From positions 2,170,001 through 2,234,000 of the forward strand of contig SMSO01000032.1 of assembly GCA_004764695.1 (NCBI GenBank): 64,000 nucleotides of DNA. Reading direction: 5' to 3'. The DNA is from Schizochytrium sp. TIO01 (Eukaryota; Protista; Bigyra: Labyrinthulomycetes). The notes beneath the pieces are model-generated. The model had not been told where the DNA came from and made no database searches. It was given only the letters and a program-made list of their open reading frames with translations. The position numbers were made by a program, and so were the translations under genes. Of this stretch, positions 35,636 through 48,600 are shown piece by piece (positions within the stretch are counted from its first letter, which is position 1; each line of letters starts with the position of its first letter).

Positions 35636-36384
35636 TCAATCAGCACAGCCATAGCTATCTATCAATTTAGCTATCGCCGCCTCATCGATGAGAGGGAATG
35701 GAGCAACTAAACTCGACCTGGATCCTGAAAAGAATAGTGCTGCGCCGCCGGGAAGCTGGCGAGGCCTCTCCAGAAAAGCGACAAGCAAAGCAAAGGAAAG
35801 CTACTATCGAATGCAGAGAGGAGAATGTGGAATGGCCAAGAAAGAAGATTTTCCAAGAGCTTCTCACACAGAGAGCATCTCGTCATCAATTGGGAAAACC
35901 AATCGCGATGCTCGCGATCATTCATGCATTTTCGTTCATTCTTGCGGACATGAACCAGCCAGCCATGGATGCCGTGCAAGAGACGCATGTTTGCTCCCCT
36001 GCCAGCCTGGTTGGTTGGCGACTTAGCGGCGTGGATCGTAGCAGAGTAGATAATTTCCACGATGGATTGACGTCGTGCAAAGAGTGCTCTGCTGCACTGA
36101 TGGCGAAGACCACGACCATCGATGATGGGCCAACGGTGAGTGGGCTAGGTACCTTGCAGCGCAGGACGACGGGAAAGACGAAAGACGAGGACCGCGGATG
36201 GCTTAAGAACTCACCCCCGCAATCAAGCCGGGCGTGACAAGGGTCTCGTGTGGAGCCTGAGTGACGGTTGGATTCGATGTGGATATTTAGGGCGGCCAGA
36301 TGAATGACGGCTGATGGAATGAATGATCGATCTGCTTTCGAAGGAGTTGCGCTGCATTGCACAATTTGGAAACAAAACTGCTCG

Positions 36385-36686
36385 TTTGCTTTGCTTTGAT
36401 TTGCTTTGATTTGCTTTGATTTGCTTTGATTTGATTTGATTTGATTTGATTTGATTTGATTTGATTTGATTTGATTTGATTTGATTTGATTTGATTTGAT
36501 TTGATTTGATTTGATTTGATTTGATTTGATTTGATTTGATTTGATTTGATTTGATTTGATTTGATTTGATTTGATTTGATTTGATTTGATTTGATTTGAT
36601 TTGATTTGATTTGATTTGATTTGATTTGATTTGATTTGATTTGATTTGATTTGATTTGCTTCGCTTCGCTTCGCTTTGCTTTGCTT
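36385..36686. repeat. Compound pentanucleotide satellite: (TTTGC/TTTGA) grading into perfect (TTTGA)n, then (TTCGC/TTTGC)
   Basis: Perfect ttgat run from ~36426 to ~36657, flanked on both sides by tttgc variants. Confidence 0.97.
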
Positions 36687-38119
36687 TACTTTGTTCTGTT
36701 GCTTCTGAGTCAGGAATCTTTAGTTGGCGTATGATTTACTGCCTATGCGCTAACTCTCGTTTTCCCTCTCTCCGCTTTTTGTTTTTGTCATTCTTTCTTT
36801 CTTTCTTTTTGCTTTGCTTTGCTCTTATCAACGTTTGGTCCCAACATCAAATTTACTTCAGGTTACAGCAAATATTAAAATCTACGCTTTGATTCCATTA
36901 GCTTTTAAAACAAACAAACAAACAAACAAACAATTGTTTGTGGTTTTTCCCCCCTCTTCCGCTTTACTTTTCTTCTTCTTACGATTGTTACTATCTTTAT
37001 TACCACTATTGAATGTTTTCTTCTTTCTTTGTTTAAATCATTTTTATTTATTTTTTAATAAGAAGTGCTGTTTCTTTTATAAAATATTTTTCAAATAATA
37101 TTAAAAAGAATACTTGGCATTAAATTAAAATGGAAAGAGGGCACCTTTAGCTGGTCTTAGGTTTATTGGCATATATGCGATGAAACTTTTTACTTACCCT
37201 ATTTATTTATTACTGTTTTATCAAAATAACATAAAAACGTTTTACAGTAAAGTTATTAGTTACCCACAGCAGAGGAGCGCCGCCTGGAAATATTCGCTCT
37301 TCTTGTCTTCCTGTGAACTCTGGTTTCTGAGCAAGAGAGCAACAACGACCCCTGCTGTCTGCTTGTTTATCTGTTTTGTTTGTTTTGTTTTGCTTGTTTG
37401 TTATCCCCTCTCCAGGCGAGCGAGCCTGCGTCTATCCATCTGGTGGTGGCGCTGCACATACATACATCATACACATGTGAGAGAGGGGGAGAAGAATGCG
37501 CGTTGCCAAGTAGGCGGCCCTCTCTGGCTGCGGGCCCACAGCTTCCGCAGCGGCGCCCTCCTGCGCTGCTGTTGGAGGCGTGAGCGGAGGGGGGGCTGAT
37601 GTTGGGCTACTGTTGGGAGGGAGCGACGGATGGCTAACTGTGACTTAGAATTATTTTGCTCCATACAAGGATGCTTTTAGCTTCCGCTCGCGGCATCGAA
37701 CAAGCTAGCTGCGGCAAATCTAGAAGCTGCAGCTTCGCTTACGCCCGCACCGGAGCTAGCGTCGAAGCTGCATAGCGCGCGCAAGAAGCTAGACGCCGTC
37801 GAAAGCGCCGCAGGACCCTTGCAAACCCGAAAGGGAACAAACAGCGCAGCGCCCGCCGCGAAGGCCTCCTCGCGGTCTTGGCGAGGCCGGCGGCCACCGC
37901 TCGCGAGGGCGAGAGAAGAGAGCAGAGAGAAAACCCAGCCGGCGGGCTGGCCAGGCAAGGCCGCCGGAGAGCGGCCACGGCCTGGAGCTGGAGCTCGACA
38001 GACCTAGGCAGGCTTGCTTGGCTCGAGGTGGGCGACGAGACGCCCGCCACCCCAGGCAGGAGCTTGATTGATTGAGTGACTGACTGACTGACTGCGCGAT
38101 TCCAACTCCGTCTCGCTCT

Positions 38120-41100
38120 ATGTCGCGCGCGGGGCGGCGCAGGAAAGACAGCTCCCGGGAGAGGGACGTCGACGAAGAAGGCGCGGCTGCCGAGGAGGAG
38201 GAGCTCCAGCAGCGCAGACCCAGGCGCCAGCAACAGCGCGAAGGTCAGAGACGTGCCCTCCAAGATGGCCAGGGCGCGCTGGCAAGAACGCAGGCCCCAG
38301 ACAGCCAGGGCAGCAGCAGCAGCAGCGGCAGTGGCAGCGAGAGAAAGGAGAGCAGGCACGAAGAGCAACAACGGCAAGAAGGCCAACAGCAGCAAGGAGC
38401 GCAACGGGTCCGAGAACGGCGATAAGTACGGCGATAAGTACGGCGAGAGCGGCAACAGACACACAGTGGACGACGCGGACAGCACGGGAATCAGTTGTGG
38501 GAAGCCCAGCAGTGCGAGGAGGAGGAGGAGGAGAAGGACAGAGGGAGAAGGAGAAGCGTTAGCAGCAGAAGGAGAAGAAGCTGCGCGAGGACTTCAAAAC
38601 GGACGACACGACTGTGAACGGGGAGGAGCAGGGGGAGATGGAGATGATGAGGGCGTAGATAGGAGCATTGATATGCCAGATCAAAGTCGAAGGCGAGGCA
38701 CCAGAAGGAAAGAAGTTGCCAACAATACCGCATCAGCGCAGGATCAACATCGTCAACAACACCTTGGGCACAATGTGGACCATCAACAGACGCAGATGCA
38801 AACGCAGCAAATTCATCAGCAATGCAGCAAATGCAGCAAATGCAGCAAATGCAGGTGCCAAACGGAGGCCTCGTGGAGAGAAGGCAATCACAGCAAAGGA
38901 GACGACGAAGAGGGCATCAACCTGACCTTGGACTGCGAGGAGGTGAAGATGGGGCTCCAGCGCCGAAAACTTTGCATGAGGTGGGGTACATGGCGAAGGA
39001 TGGCATTCACATGCATGAGTTCAATGAACACAGCAGCAATGGAGGGGCCTTGCAGCAGGATTCAAGTCTGGACATGTATAACGCCAATCGTAACTCCTCT
39101 TCAACACAGGCACCTATGATGATGATGTCAGGACACGCAAACATATCCTCTAACACAACCCAACCACCAGCAAGGCCAATTCAAGGACACCCAGGGTCTT
39201 TTATTGGAAATGCTTATCCTGGAAATACCTCTGCTGGCTACAGGAACCATCTTGGAGGACATCCTGGAAATACCACAACGCTCGATTCCGCACGGCGTGA
39301 ACCCGTATCGTGGAACTTTTCGAGCGCAGTACATGAAACAAACGTCCGCAATGGAGCACCACCACCGGCCATGGCAATGCCTGCCCCGCACTCTTCCTCG
39401 TCAATAAACAATGGCTCATCTTATCCGGGATACTACTATTACTACCCAATGCACTACCCGCCGTCTAACACAATGTCCACGGTGTCACCAACATCGTCAC
39501 CTCGAGCAGATCTTGAGCCTTTTATCTGGTCCATGAATACTCCCGAAAAAATCGATGATCACCATGCAGCCTCATTAGCAACAGCCGTGCCAAGAGATGA
39601 AATGGGGTATTTCGACCCCGTACATCTTGACAACCACGATATAGACATGACCTCCACCCAAGGCCACCTGGCAAGAACTCAGCCTCAAAACTTACATGTT
39701 CCACATCAAAACTATCTGCAGCAGTCACAGCAGCAGCAGCAGCAGCAGCGACAACAACAACAACGGCAACAGCATCATGCCGAGGAGTCTGGGGCTGTCC
39801 TTTCTAAGATGCCCAGGGAGAAGAGAAAAACCTCCAATGATAGTGTAGGCAGTGGGGCGAGCAATAGCAGAGCTAGCAGTGGCAGTGGCGAAAATCTCAG
39901 CAATGCTGGTCATAACAACAACAGCGGAAGCGATAATAGCGGAAGCAGCAGAGGAAGCAGGAAGGGCAGAGGCAAGGGCAAAAGTCGCGGCAGAGGCAAA
40001 AGAAAGGGTAGTAACACCAGCAATCCTAAGCATGACAACAATGACAACAACAAATTTGGAGGTGCGAGGGACCAAATCCAGGGTAGAAAGAATTCGAAGA
40101 CTCGAAGTAAAGGAAAGCATGCCGCAGAAAATAGTACGGCAAATCAACCACGCCCACAGCTTCGCCAACGACGAGGTAATACCCCCCCAGCTATAAGCTC
40201 AGCTCCAAACATGCATTACTATGCCAACTCCCCAATGATGGCGACAATCGATCATGATGATGCCATGATCATTCAAGACGCAGCTCCTGATGCTTCAACT
40301 GCGCATACAGCTACCTCATCGAGAACTAGCAGCAGTGAAGCTCGTTCTGTGGTATCGGGAACAAACGTGTCTACAGACGAAGCCATCTCCCACATGCATA
40401 CCTCTGCAAGCTTTACCACCGACCCAAACAATAATCTTCATCATCACCAGCAGTATCATCATCACCATGTGCAACATGATCAGATTCCAGGCTTGTCTCC
40501 TCCACCACTGCCTAACTCTGAGTTCGTACCTCCCCTCGTCGCTCAACAACACCAGCATCATCAACAACCACCCTCCCACGTGCCAGAACATATGGTCATC
40601 CCCGCAGAGCGACCTGCACGCAAACGCACCAGGCGAACACCAAAACGGTGGGATCTCCAAGCTGTTTCAGCCTTGATGGTCTTTGTACGAAATAATCTTT
40701 CCAATAGCAATCGGCATACCCGGAACTGGGCTGGGTGCGCTGAGCGCTGGAATCGCCGGAGACCCGACCTCACGCTTAGTAATGACGACCTCAAAATGAA
40801 AATCAAACAGCTCGTTCGCGAGCGACCCAACCGATCCCAACACAAAAATTGGGACCGCATTAGCAAGGCAGCCTCGGAAACGGAAGGTATTGGAGTTCCT
40901 CTCAAATATTGCTCCTATACCAAATAACCTACCGTTGGTGCATATGGCGCGTTACATGTTCTACCGTCGTTTTAACAATACGCAGCTACCTCCACCTCTT
41001 CCTGCGCCAATGATGCCACCTGGATTAGCGAATGCTGATTCATCATCGCAATATGCCTCGGGGGGAGCCATTGACTTTCATGTAGCACCTTCGCAGGCTA

Positions 41101-41981
41101 CAGTTGGTACGCAACGCAATAGCAAAGGGTCACGAGGTCGTCGAGAACCTCGAGGATACCTGGCCCTGCTTGCCTGGGCACAACCGTATCGCAACATTGT
41201 TGTCCAGTGGCTGCGGTTAAACCATCTTGAACAAGGTCGTAGTGTGTATGAGCTACAGACGGCCCTCAACCAAATCTTCACCCCTTACGATGTAAGTCTG
41301 GTACTACGGGGAGGCTGTCCATGCTCCTCGTGCCGGAAATGGGGACTTCAGTGGAACCCTTTGACCCCCTCCGCCGAAGCGGATGGACAACTTCAATTAA
41401 ATCACACCCGTGAACACCTCAATATCCTTCACGAAGTTCTATCCTCTTACGATGCTGACAAACACCAGCACCGTCTCGAGAGATGGCATGCCACTGCTGT
41501 GGGGCGAGTGGATGCTATTTCCCAGTGGTCATTAGATGAGTTCTCTGACTTTGTCGAGCCGCTCCTTGTTAGTATGGATAACTTTGCAACGTTCTCTTCG
41601 CAGCTCAGGAACTATTATTCCCAAACTGCCACAACGACCTCGCACATGTCGGTCGCTCAAATCCTCAGTAGCGTTGAGCAGAATACTGCTTGCAAGCAGA
41701 ACAAAGATGATCCTTTCTTAGCAAAGTCCCAAGGATCTGCCGGCAAGCAACAAGAACTCCAACAGCATAATAGCCACCACATACAACAACAATACGCCCC
41801 GTACCATGTCGGGTCTGGAAACATAGATGATGATTTCCCTGACGACAATAATGTGAGTAGAAGCTTCTTGTTTGACACACAAGATACGCCGATGCTCATT
41901 CCGGATGCAGGTTCATCTTCATCATCGTCCAAGACATCATCTTCGGCACCGACTCCACCATCAGTTCCACCAAGTGTATGA
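38120..41981 (+). CDS. Paralog 1 of unnamed CxCxxCxxW-family putative nuclear regulator (Gln/His/Ser-rich, ~1,280 aa if joined); frameshifts near 38820 and 40885, and possibly near 38350
   Basis: Overlapping ORFs 38120, 38253, 38822 and 40890 join into QQIHQ/QMQQMQQMQ and ...KAASET/KVLEFLSN. It has a basic NLS-like segment (RPARKRTRRTPKR) and a C-terminal module homologous to the ORFs at 46597 and 51577. The 5' start is uncertain. Confidence 0.65.
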
Positions 41982-44900
41982 CCAAGTGTGTGAGTAGCAA
42001 TGGTATGTCCGGTTAGAAACACAATATATCGAGGAATACAATACTCGCAAGCACGTTCTCAGACACGTTTACGATAGCAGCATACCAAAATCAAAAATTA
42101 CTGCAAACATATTGTCAGCAAACCAAGATTTCCCCTTTTTCAGCTGTGATCAGAATTTACGAAGTCTTTTCGAGAAGTGGAGAATTCTCTACATCACTCT
42201 GCTGAAGTGGTCATGTTTTGATTGTTACCAAGATCGCTCTTCTGTACAAGAAATCTTATTGGAGGTGTCAAAGCCATCTTTAGATCGCCCAAGAATTCCA
42301 AACGATGTTTTCGAATTATCAGGTATGCAAAACATTGATGGAAATAATCGCAATGCTATCAATGCTTTTGTCCTGGAAAATGCAAATGAAAATTTGTCCA
42401 GTGTAATGCTTGATGCCACGTGCCGCAAATGACTTTATTTTCAACTTGACCTTTCTCTTCCTTACTACCTTCCCTTCTTCTTTTTCTCTTCTGCCTTTTC
42501 CCTTCTCTGTCACCTGATGGTGCAGCTATCGCCCTTCCTATGTCTCATCCAATCGATCTCAAGACAGAGTGCAGCTTACATTCTATCCAAGCATTAAGCT
42601 CTATAAAGGTTGGATCGTGTAGAACCTAGATAAAGTGGTGCTGGTGTTGGTCAAATGGATATTAGCTTGATTCTTGCTGAATTCCACAAAGCTATGGTTC
42701 AAAAGGTTGTAATTCTTAACATATATTAATGTACAAAGTGTACGTACACTAAACAAATCCTCGTCTTCAAGTTGGTGCATCATGTAACAACTACGATTTG
42801 AAATGTTACGTCTGCAAGTTTTGGTGCCCTATTGCTGAGATCTCCAATCGAAGGAACTAGTGGATAAGACATTGCTAGAGTTCTTGGTGTCCCTTTGTAA
42901 AACCCCATTGACATAAGGTTTACATTAGAGCAAGAATAGGCAGCCAGGCTGCCCGAGCCAAGAACTAAAAGTGTGAAGAAACATTAACTACACCCAAGCG
43001 TGGTTTAGCTTGAATCGATGATTGGAGAAGGTAAATAAACCTAACCCCATCGATTATCTCTAACCACATTCAAGAATGTCTTATTCTCCCTAACTACTAC
43101 ATGAATCCACCTGTCCTGGAATTCATTCCCCAGGACAGCAGTTCGCTAACACTTAAATCAACCTTCTTATAACCTTCATCAAGCTTCTTGCCCTCATCTT
43201 TACAGTCAACCTCACGCTAATCAGTATCACCTTTCAGAACCTGTTAAAGTTCAATGCTCCCGTTTCTCGTCAGACAAATGATTTATGGAGGTATATAGCA
43301 GATCCACTTTAGAAGTATGCATGTAAGGTTAGCCGGAATTCTTAAGAATCGCAGAGATGACCCACTACTTTACCCATGTTAAACGCTCCATCTATCTTCC
43401 AACAAAATAATGAAATTAGCTCGGATGGATAGATTTTGTTGAGTAAATTTGCGTTATTTATTGAATTTTTCGCTTCAAAGAATGACAGACATACGGAATA
43501 AACCTAAAAAGGCATTTCCTAAATAACTACAGCACATCTCCTACGACCGGGTATCGAGCACGAGCTCTTCATATGCTTTGGAAGATTGGAGCTTCATGAA
43601 TCGGCGATGGATTTTATAGACCAGATTCGCTGATCATTACTATCTAAATATAGTAGCAGAAGCCAAGGAGCTTAAATATGCTTTTCTTTTTACCCGACAT
43701 TGTGGTGATTAGACTTCAGAGGTAGTATGGCTAGCGAATTGGACGCCAGGACGCATTGGAATCCAATCCATAGCAGCATTTCTTTTCATGCATACCATCG
43801 TGATGTCCGAGACCGGGATTTAATCCTCCACTACCATGAAGGATACAAACTCTCAATTAAAATTTCTGCTAATATTACTGCCTTGCGCATGTGCCAGCAC
43901 TCATCTTCCATGATGTTGATGGATGTGATTCTGACGTCGGAGGACTATTGTCTTCACTTTGCCAGCCGTCACTTGCTAAGCAAGCTTCACCGTGCGACTC
44001 ACCATGCCCTTGTCAGTTGATGATTAATAATCTCTTACCAAAAGAACTGCGCATCAAACGATGGCTCGCACCTACAGAAAGTAGCATTTTTATTTATTTT
44101 CGTGATAGAATTATCTTCCACTTTTCCCTTCCATTTTTCTTTTCAAACTTAGGAGTGATGAATCATCCAGCAAACAACTTATAGGTAGTAGTACATAATA
44201 CCTACCTACCACCAACTCTTTAGAATAATTTTGTTTTGAGCTTTGTGCACGTGCCCAAGTTGAGGTTCACAAAGCTTACATTAAAAATTCACCGATCTTC
44301 GAAAGTCACGTGGTGCAAACTGTGCTGTGCTCATCGACCCTTCTCTAGGAACTGCGTACCGAAACTGGATCCTGCAACGCAAGTACTTATTTGTGGCGGC
44401 ATGAGCTGTTTGTGTGAACTTCAAGTTCAAGTCTATACCGTAACCTTGGTGTCCAAAATGGTGAAAATTTTCAACAAAGATTGCAAGATGGCTATGACAT
44501 TGCATCAGCCACAGTGTGCGAAATCCGCAGAGTGTAGCAGATGATTGCAACTTAAAACTTCGCTATCGGAAGTTTCGAGTTGTATTCTTCAGGACCTCGG
44601 CTGGCTGGTCATCTATCATGGGCATGGTGACGACGCAGTCATTGTTTTCAGGAACTTCACTAGCACTATTAAATCAAGCCCTAACCTCAACTCTGCCCAG
44701 TACTTTTTGAGCCACCGTGATCCTTCGAATTTGTCTTGAAGTCCCGGAATCCAGGAACTATTCTGAACCTGCAGAACCACTGCGGCACGATCTTCAACGT
44801 GAAGTTATTCTTGCGAGATCCGACTAGAATGTCAAGCTGGATTTCGACTTGGATGATTACTAGTACATTTCCGAAGTCAATCTCTGCAAGAAGTCTACCT

Positions 44901-46596
44901 CAGAGTAGTTCGGGTTCACTCATCAGAACTTAAAGCCTTTTGAGTGAGTATTGGTCCAACTATGATCCTTCAGCATTTCAAAGCAACTCGAATGGGCAAA
45001 TTCTTTTATGAATGCCTCGAGCTGGTGAGGGGCGTAGTTGCAAAACGAGCGGCATTCTACACTAAAACCATCTAAATTATGCACGAACAAAGCTAAGTGC
45101 TTGAACACCGCTACAGATACCAGGAGACCTCATCTTGCGATGAATTTTTATTCACGTATTACCCAAACAGAGTACAGCAGCATGGTTATTGACTTGATGC
45201 TTGAGCAGAAAAGAATCGAAACTATCAGAAGCCCGGATTCTTCTCTCGCGTAAATGAACATAAATTGGAAAACGAAGATGAAAATACTCTTTGAGAGGGT
45301 TAACAATTTATTCAAAGAGGGATGAATCAACATCAGAACTTCCCCACGGACTGATGCTCTAAAAGAAAGACTCCAAAGAACTGAGCATACTTTGAAGCAT
45401 AGCCGTCACTGCCATGATGACCATCATTGATGCTTGTGCTACACTTCGCTCTTCGAAACCTTGGCCAAAACTGCGCTCCAGCTGACTTCAGCTAATTCTC
45501 AGTGTCTTCATATGTTCCACTGGCAGCAGGCATAGGTACTAGTGCTAGGTAGATAGATCGCATTCATCGCTAAGGGAAGAATGTCTTCAAGCCACTAGCC
45601 AAAAGCAATCACCATCTTCTCCATGGATATCCAAGCAAAACAAATGGCCAATTTGCCAGCTCCAAAACAATCCTTTCAATGAAACGAGTGTCGTAAAACC
45701 CAAAGACTCTCAAACGCGCGTGCAATTGCAATACTTGCACCCATCTTTCTGGGATCACTCCCTGGCGCATCACTCATCAAACAACGCGTATTAATGATAC
45801 TTTCACTTTATGACAATCCGAGTCTGGTGCTAGAAGCTCACCTCCAAAAGTTGGTGTCCCGCGGCATGGTTCCGCAACGATACAAAACTCTAATTCTACC
45901 CCCCCCAATCCTAGCACCTGCTGAGGATTTAATATAAAAACGTTAATGTAGATGAGGGAAAGGGGTAGAAGAGAACTTCATAGAGGAACCCATTTACCTT
46001 GAGAAAAAGCCCAGACCGGGGGGTTGATATGATTTTCTGTTATCAGGCGTGGGAGGTACGCAATTTTTATAAGGAACGCAAAGGAGCGAATGAAAAGCTT
46101 TTAGCTTTCCCTTCACAAGGGAGCAGCAGACCTGGAACAAATTTGGACGAAGGACTTCGCTCGTGGCGGCAGTATCTCTCGGGCTGACGCGGGGAAAAGG
46201 AACGTTCGTTTGTGATTTAGCTGGGTTTCCAGAACGCGGAGACAACGGTGCTGCAAAGTGGATCATCGCAGAGAGAAACATCTCGTCGGACCAAAAGGCT
46301 GGCTATATTGTATTTGACAAGCTTTTCGACTTCTTGCGAAGTAAAGGAGGAGGATAGCGACGCAAGACAAACGAATTGCACTAAGCAACTCTTTGGAAGT
46401 GAACCTATTATATTGTAGTCGAGCATCAAGCCTCTCGTTTGTTTTATTAGATTTGACGACTGCTACTGTCGTTGACAGAATAATTCGTCACTTCATCGGT
46501 TGCTTGATAGCGAGAAATTGATTGTCTCCAGCCAAAGTGCACCAAAGCTTGCAAAGAAACAAACTAGCAGTTTCTAAGAAATTTAAAGAAGGCAAC

Positions 46597-48600
46597 ATGG
46601 AACAAGACAGTAGTAATGAATTTCTTTCTGATCCACATATTCATGGATTGGAGGAAGCGTTTGCAGCAGAGACGGGGGCTGCTATTGACTACCTAAAAGC
46701 CGAAGATGATTTTCCCTCAAGCAACTTTAGGCAGGAACGAGGAGATTATACTGATCATGTATCCCCAGAAATACAGGTAAATATTGAAACGGCAGAACCA
46801 ATTGCCACAACTGAGATCCAACATATTCCAACACCAAATCAACAGCAGCTAAACGCACCATCCAACAATACAGTAGAAGACTACTCATCAGTAGTAAACC
46901 AGCACATCTTGAATCAGTATGAGGAAGGACAGCATGGGAGCAGCATTACTTATTGCCCAGTTAATGCCGGTGTGGCGTCTTTTGAGGATGAATCCTGTGA
47001 GAGTTCTCACAGTAGAGACAATACAGTTGAAATGCCAAATTCGCAAATTTCGACGGGTGAGTTGATTGATGCTGATCTCAATGATATCGAGCTTGACCCT
47101 TTTTTTACCAATGTTCATGTAAACAACGACGAGGGCGTTAGAGATGCAGCATGGGCCCAAAATCATGGTGCTCGCCTTGACAGCGGCTTGCGGAACCATA
47201 GTCTCAGCAGTGACCTTATCTCTGATACTATTATTCTCCCTTTTGACCTCTCCTTTAATATTGACCCTTCAGACTTGTCGGTTAATATCGATATTGAAGA
47301 GATCAGTGAGTGCCATGGTCAGACTAAATACGTTGATGATGCTCCTTCCCGAAAACGTCGAGCTTCTCCGCATGCATCTGTAACTGACGATATTAGTGAT
47401 GTGGAAACAGCCCCTGCCGTATCACCCCCGACAAGTCCAAACCCGAGTGTTTCTGATACTAAACCAAAGACGCCAACAGGCAACAAGAAATCCCGCAAAC
47501 CTATCGATTCCCAGCTCAACCTCGACCAAACAATTTCCCTATACGATGGTATTCAAAAGAGCATTGCTACTACACAAAGACAAGAACGTAACTTTGCCTC
47601 CCTCTTTAGGATTTTCAAAGAGCGTTATGGTTGGTTTGGTGATAAGTTCTCTGACCCCAGTCTCTTTAAACAAAAGGTTAAACTTTACTGTAATGAGCGC
47701 CGCAAGCGCGACCAATTGCAGTTCTGGAAGAAAATCAGCTCTTGCAAGGGTGATGAAAACAAGGTACTAGCTATCATTGATCGCGAATTCAAGGGCAAGT
47801 CTAATGGGCACATCTCGCCCAATTATGATTTTTCCCCACTTGCCAAATATCTGGCGACTCGCACACGTATTGGTGAGCGCTCCCCAGGTATTATTAATAC
47901 CTGGGATGCTAGTGCACGTAGTTGCATTGTCGAGCCGATGTTGGACATTCACCGTCGCGAAGGCTATGGTGCTTTTGCCCTGGCCCACGAACCTTTCTCC
48001 AGTCTTGTGACTCTTGGCGAAGTCGAGGTCACGATCCTTACGCACTGTGACTGTCCCTTATGCCAGGAGTGGAATATTCCTTCTGGTCTAGATATTGCTG
48101 AAACAACAACGGCATGGACGCGAGCTCGCATTGGTATTATGCGCGATGTACTAAAAGCGCATAGTGCGATGGGCCGCTATGGAGATGTGGCAGACTTTGC
48201 TGAGCAATGTCAAAGAATACCTGCACTTAAATACTGGAGCATTGACCGTTTACAAAACTTTCTGGAAAGCATTCACAGCACCACCTCCTGTGACTTATGC
48301 TCATCCATGCGTTGTCGCAAAATTAGACGCCGCCATGCCGTTGAGGATAAGGAGGAAGAGAAAGATTATTATGATACAGATTCGCTCAGCAACGAGGATA
48401 CATTTGAGAGCCATGATATTGGCCTTCTTTCGCTTGATCAGCTCGATGCCCTAGATAAGGAGGAGTCTGATGTTCCCCAATATCTGAGATATGAGGATGA
48501 AATTAGTCTGTCATGTCTTTATAAGATTCCCACTCTGGCGATGGCGATGATGTCGTTGAATGCTTCGCCCTTTGTCTTATCCTGTGATTATTTATCATGA
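46597..48600 (+). CDS. Paralog 2 of unnamed CxCxxCxxW-family putative nuclear regulator (acidic N-terminus)
   Basis: Long intact ORF with first ATG at 46597. Acidic N-terminal half, PSRKRR and KKSRK basic motifs, and the shared module RQERNF...FKQKVKLYCNER...WDASARSCIVEPMLDIH...CDCPLCQEWNI...WTR, plus CDLCSSMRC. Confidence 0.8.
   Translation: MEQDSSNEFLSDPHIHGLEEAFAAETGAAIDYLKAEDDFPSSNFRQERGDYTDHVSPEIQVNIETAEPIATTEIQHIPTPNQQQLNAPSNNTVEDYSSVVNQHILNQYEEGQHGSSITYCPVNAGVASFEDESCESSHSRDNTVEMPNSQISTGELIDADLNDIELDPFFTNVHVNNDEGVRDAAWAQNHGARLDSGLRNHSLSSDLISDTIILPFDLSFNIDPSDLSVNIDIEEISECHGQTKYVDDAPSRKRRASPHASVTDDISDVETAPAVSPPTSPNPSVSDTKPKTPTGNKKSRKPIDSQLNLDQTISLYDGIQKSIATTQRQERNFASLFRIFKERYGWFGDKFSDPSLFKQKVKLYCNERRKRDQLQFWKKISSCKGDENKVLAIIDREFKGKSNGHISPNYDFSPLAKYLATRTRIGERSPGIINTWDASARSCIVEPMLDIHRREGYGAFALAHEPFSSLVTLGEVEVTILTHCDCPLCQEWNIPSGLDIAETTTAWTRARIGIMRDVLKAHSAMGRYGDVADFAEQCQRIPALKYWSIDRLQNFLESIHSTTSCDLCSSMRCRKIRRRHAVEDKEEEKDYYDTDSLSNEDTFESHDIGLLSLDQLDALDKEESDVPQYLRYEDEISLSCLYKIPTLAMAMMSLNASPFVLSCDYLS

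Noticed and set aside
37677-38485. Minus-strand Ala/Leu-rich ORFs
   Set aside because: They are antisense shadows of the GC-rich 5' region of paralog 1.
43400-46400. Scattered 60-100-aa ORFs between paralogs 1 and 2, considered as a fourth decayed paralog or a transposon
   Set aside because: I found no RNW/F, CxCxxC or WTR blocks and no RT, integrase or transposase motifs.
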